Made by a program: the position numbers and the translations under genes. A DNA stretch of 64,000 nt from Lingula anatina (Eukaryota > Animalia > Brachiopoda). Location: positions 7,378,001 to 7,442,000 of the forward strand of contig CM120647.1 of assembly GCA_051362555.1 (NCBI GenBank). The letters are read 5' to 3'. The notes beneath the pieces are model-generated. The model ran no database searches. It had not been told where the DNA came from and saw only the letters and a list, made by a program, of their open reading frames with translations. Of this stretch, positions 62,132 through 64,000 are shown piece by piece; the first letter of the stretch is position 1, and each line of letters begins with the position of its first letter.

Positions 62132-64000
62132 TGTAACCAGCTCGGGGATATATCTCAGGTACCGCCTTGTAATCCTTTTTCCTCAGTGCGTCCCTAGTCT
62201 CTCTAAAACGTGAAAAAAGTAGCAGCCTCAGCCAATCAGAAGGTTTTTCCTTTTAACTTTGATTTAAGATTGATGTGAAAAAGGCGAGGCTTCTAACAGT
62301 AAGTATACATTGCACCTTAGATCACAGCATTAAATGCGTTGCATCTTTACAAGACAATGACAGCATTGTTTTTTTTTTAAATTCAATCCAAATGTGTATG
62401 TTTGGATTGGTCTGTTTGTGGAATATCACCATTGCCTGATCTCTGCCTTTTCAATTGTGAAGATGCTTCAATACTGACAAGTATACTTTTTAACAAGCCA
62501 ATCATACAGGGCAAAATACTTGATATCTAGAACACCATTTCAGCCATTCCTATACGTGTATCAAGGACAGGGCTTATGAACAGATTAGGCTTTTCCAAAC
62601 TCGAACCTCAGATTTGTGTGCACAAATTCTCAAATGAACAAACCCAGCCACGAGTTAAATACCCGACGTAAAATCACTTGCCATTTGCACAGCGTTTCAT
62701 TACACAAACCGTTTGTCCGCCTATCTACCCCTTCGGTGAGTTCAATAATTTGAGTGTGAATGTTAGCAAACGAAGAGAGAATATTGTAGACTACAGAATA
62801 AACAAAATGAAATAAAACTTGCGGGGAAAGTGTTATATAAGTCTGTAATTTCGATTTATTGGGTGTTCACAAGTACAGTGGTCTCATCTGAAGTGGTAAA
62901 CAACGAAACTACGAAAACGACAAAACTACGAATGCACTTTTAAAGGGATAACACAATTCGTATGAGATCTATATTCCACAATAAAAAAACATTTCTTAAA
63001 AACTTACAGAAATACAGAAAAAAACCTACGGCGGTTACCACATATTCTGGAATCTGTTCTTGCCATCGGAGCACGTGACCTCCAAAGATGTAGTAGATGT
63101 AGTAATTGATTATATCAAAAAACCTAACTTTAAGAAAAAAAAACAACAGGTACTAACATAAAATGTAGGGATGGATTTATTAACCAATGGTAAAGATGGG
63201 GAAATTGTCGTTTACCCCCAGGAAAGTCCATTTCAAGACCAAAATGAGTTGTTGTTATGCCCTTAACAAATTTGAGGGCTTTTACTAGAAATGTGCTCAT
63301 CTTGTTATTCATGCACAGATATGTTTTAGATGTATTTATAAATAGTGCCTTTTTTGTATTTCAGAGGGAGAATGGTAACCTTTGGTACAGTTAAGAACCA
63401 TGATACAGCTAGTCAAAGTTCTGGTTTCAAAAGGGGACCATTGGTGTGATTTTTTTCAGAAGTCAAAGGAGGAATCAGTACGCTGCAACTGTGGAAAATA
63501 AAACAAATAGGAAAAGCTAGTAAAGACGAAAAATGACGTGATTTCAACAGGGTAATCGGGCCCGTAGCCAGCAGTTTGAAAAGGCTGGTTCTTTTTCTGA
63601 AAAAATAATATACATTTTACAATGAACCCTCCCTGTACTTACATCAAATTTTATCAAGAATGGACATTTATCCCGGCAAAAAGGGCTTTTTATTGGTGAA
63701 TTGGGGTTTTCAGCGTGGGCAAATTGCATCATGTTGCTTGTCAGCAGTGAAAGGATGGAAAGGGATGCTTTATCAAATAATCTCGAATGATCAAACAATT
63801 TCGAATGACAACGCGATGAAGCTAAAGATTATTATGAAGTTACGCAAAAGACACTGTAAAGAGCAGCATCGGGTTACTGCATGCAGCGCCAGACTTCATT
63901 ATGCGCAAAGAAAAGAATCATCCACTTGCTATAATTCAACCACAGTCTTCTCAATGTGGTTCAGGTTTGTCTGTTTTCCATATCTAAAACACAATAGAAT

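Larger units (their letters stand above)
48800..64000 (+). repeat. Segmental duplication unit 3 (continues past the window end)
   Basis: 57340-64000 is closely collinear with 40890-47310. Confidence 0.85.

Overview
This is AT-rich, intron-containing animal genomic DNA, invertebrate-like and possibly lophotrochozoan (inference). The window is a tandem segmental array of three units (~0.9-32.6 kb, ~32.6-48.8 kb, ~48.8-64 kb, the last running off the end). Each unit pairs a decayed, intron-containing eIF2B-delta (EIF2B4) pseudogene on the + strand with a convergent 3-exon gene on the - strand. That gene encodes a ~630-640 aa cysteine-rich protein with an N-terminal hydrophobic leader, a furin-like RFRR site, a somatomedin-B-like CxCDxxCxxxxDCC motif, NxY/FCxxC modules of the type seen in invertebrate adhesion/Methuselah-like GPCR ectodomains, no 7TM, and a GPI-signal-like C-terminus. 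Copies A and B are intact; copy C has a last-exon nonsense codon that removes the tail. Unit 1 is inflated by many insertions, several with empty sites visible in the sister units. These include a fold-back Tc1 derivative built from two transposase 3' halves, a solo LTR, PIF/Harbinger MITEs (including a three-level nest inside each other's TIRs), piggyBac- and Kolobok-like TTAA MITEs, a 1.55-kb Ty3/Gypsy mini-element with identical LTRs and an open gag-RT fusion ORF, and a degraded L1/Tx1 LINE. All family assignments come from motif recognition by eye; no searches were run.
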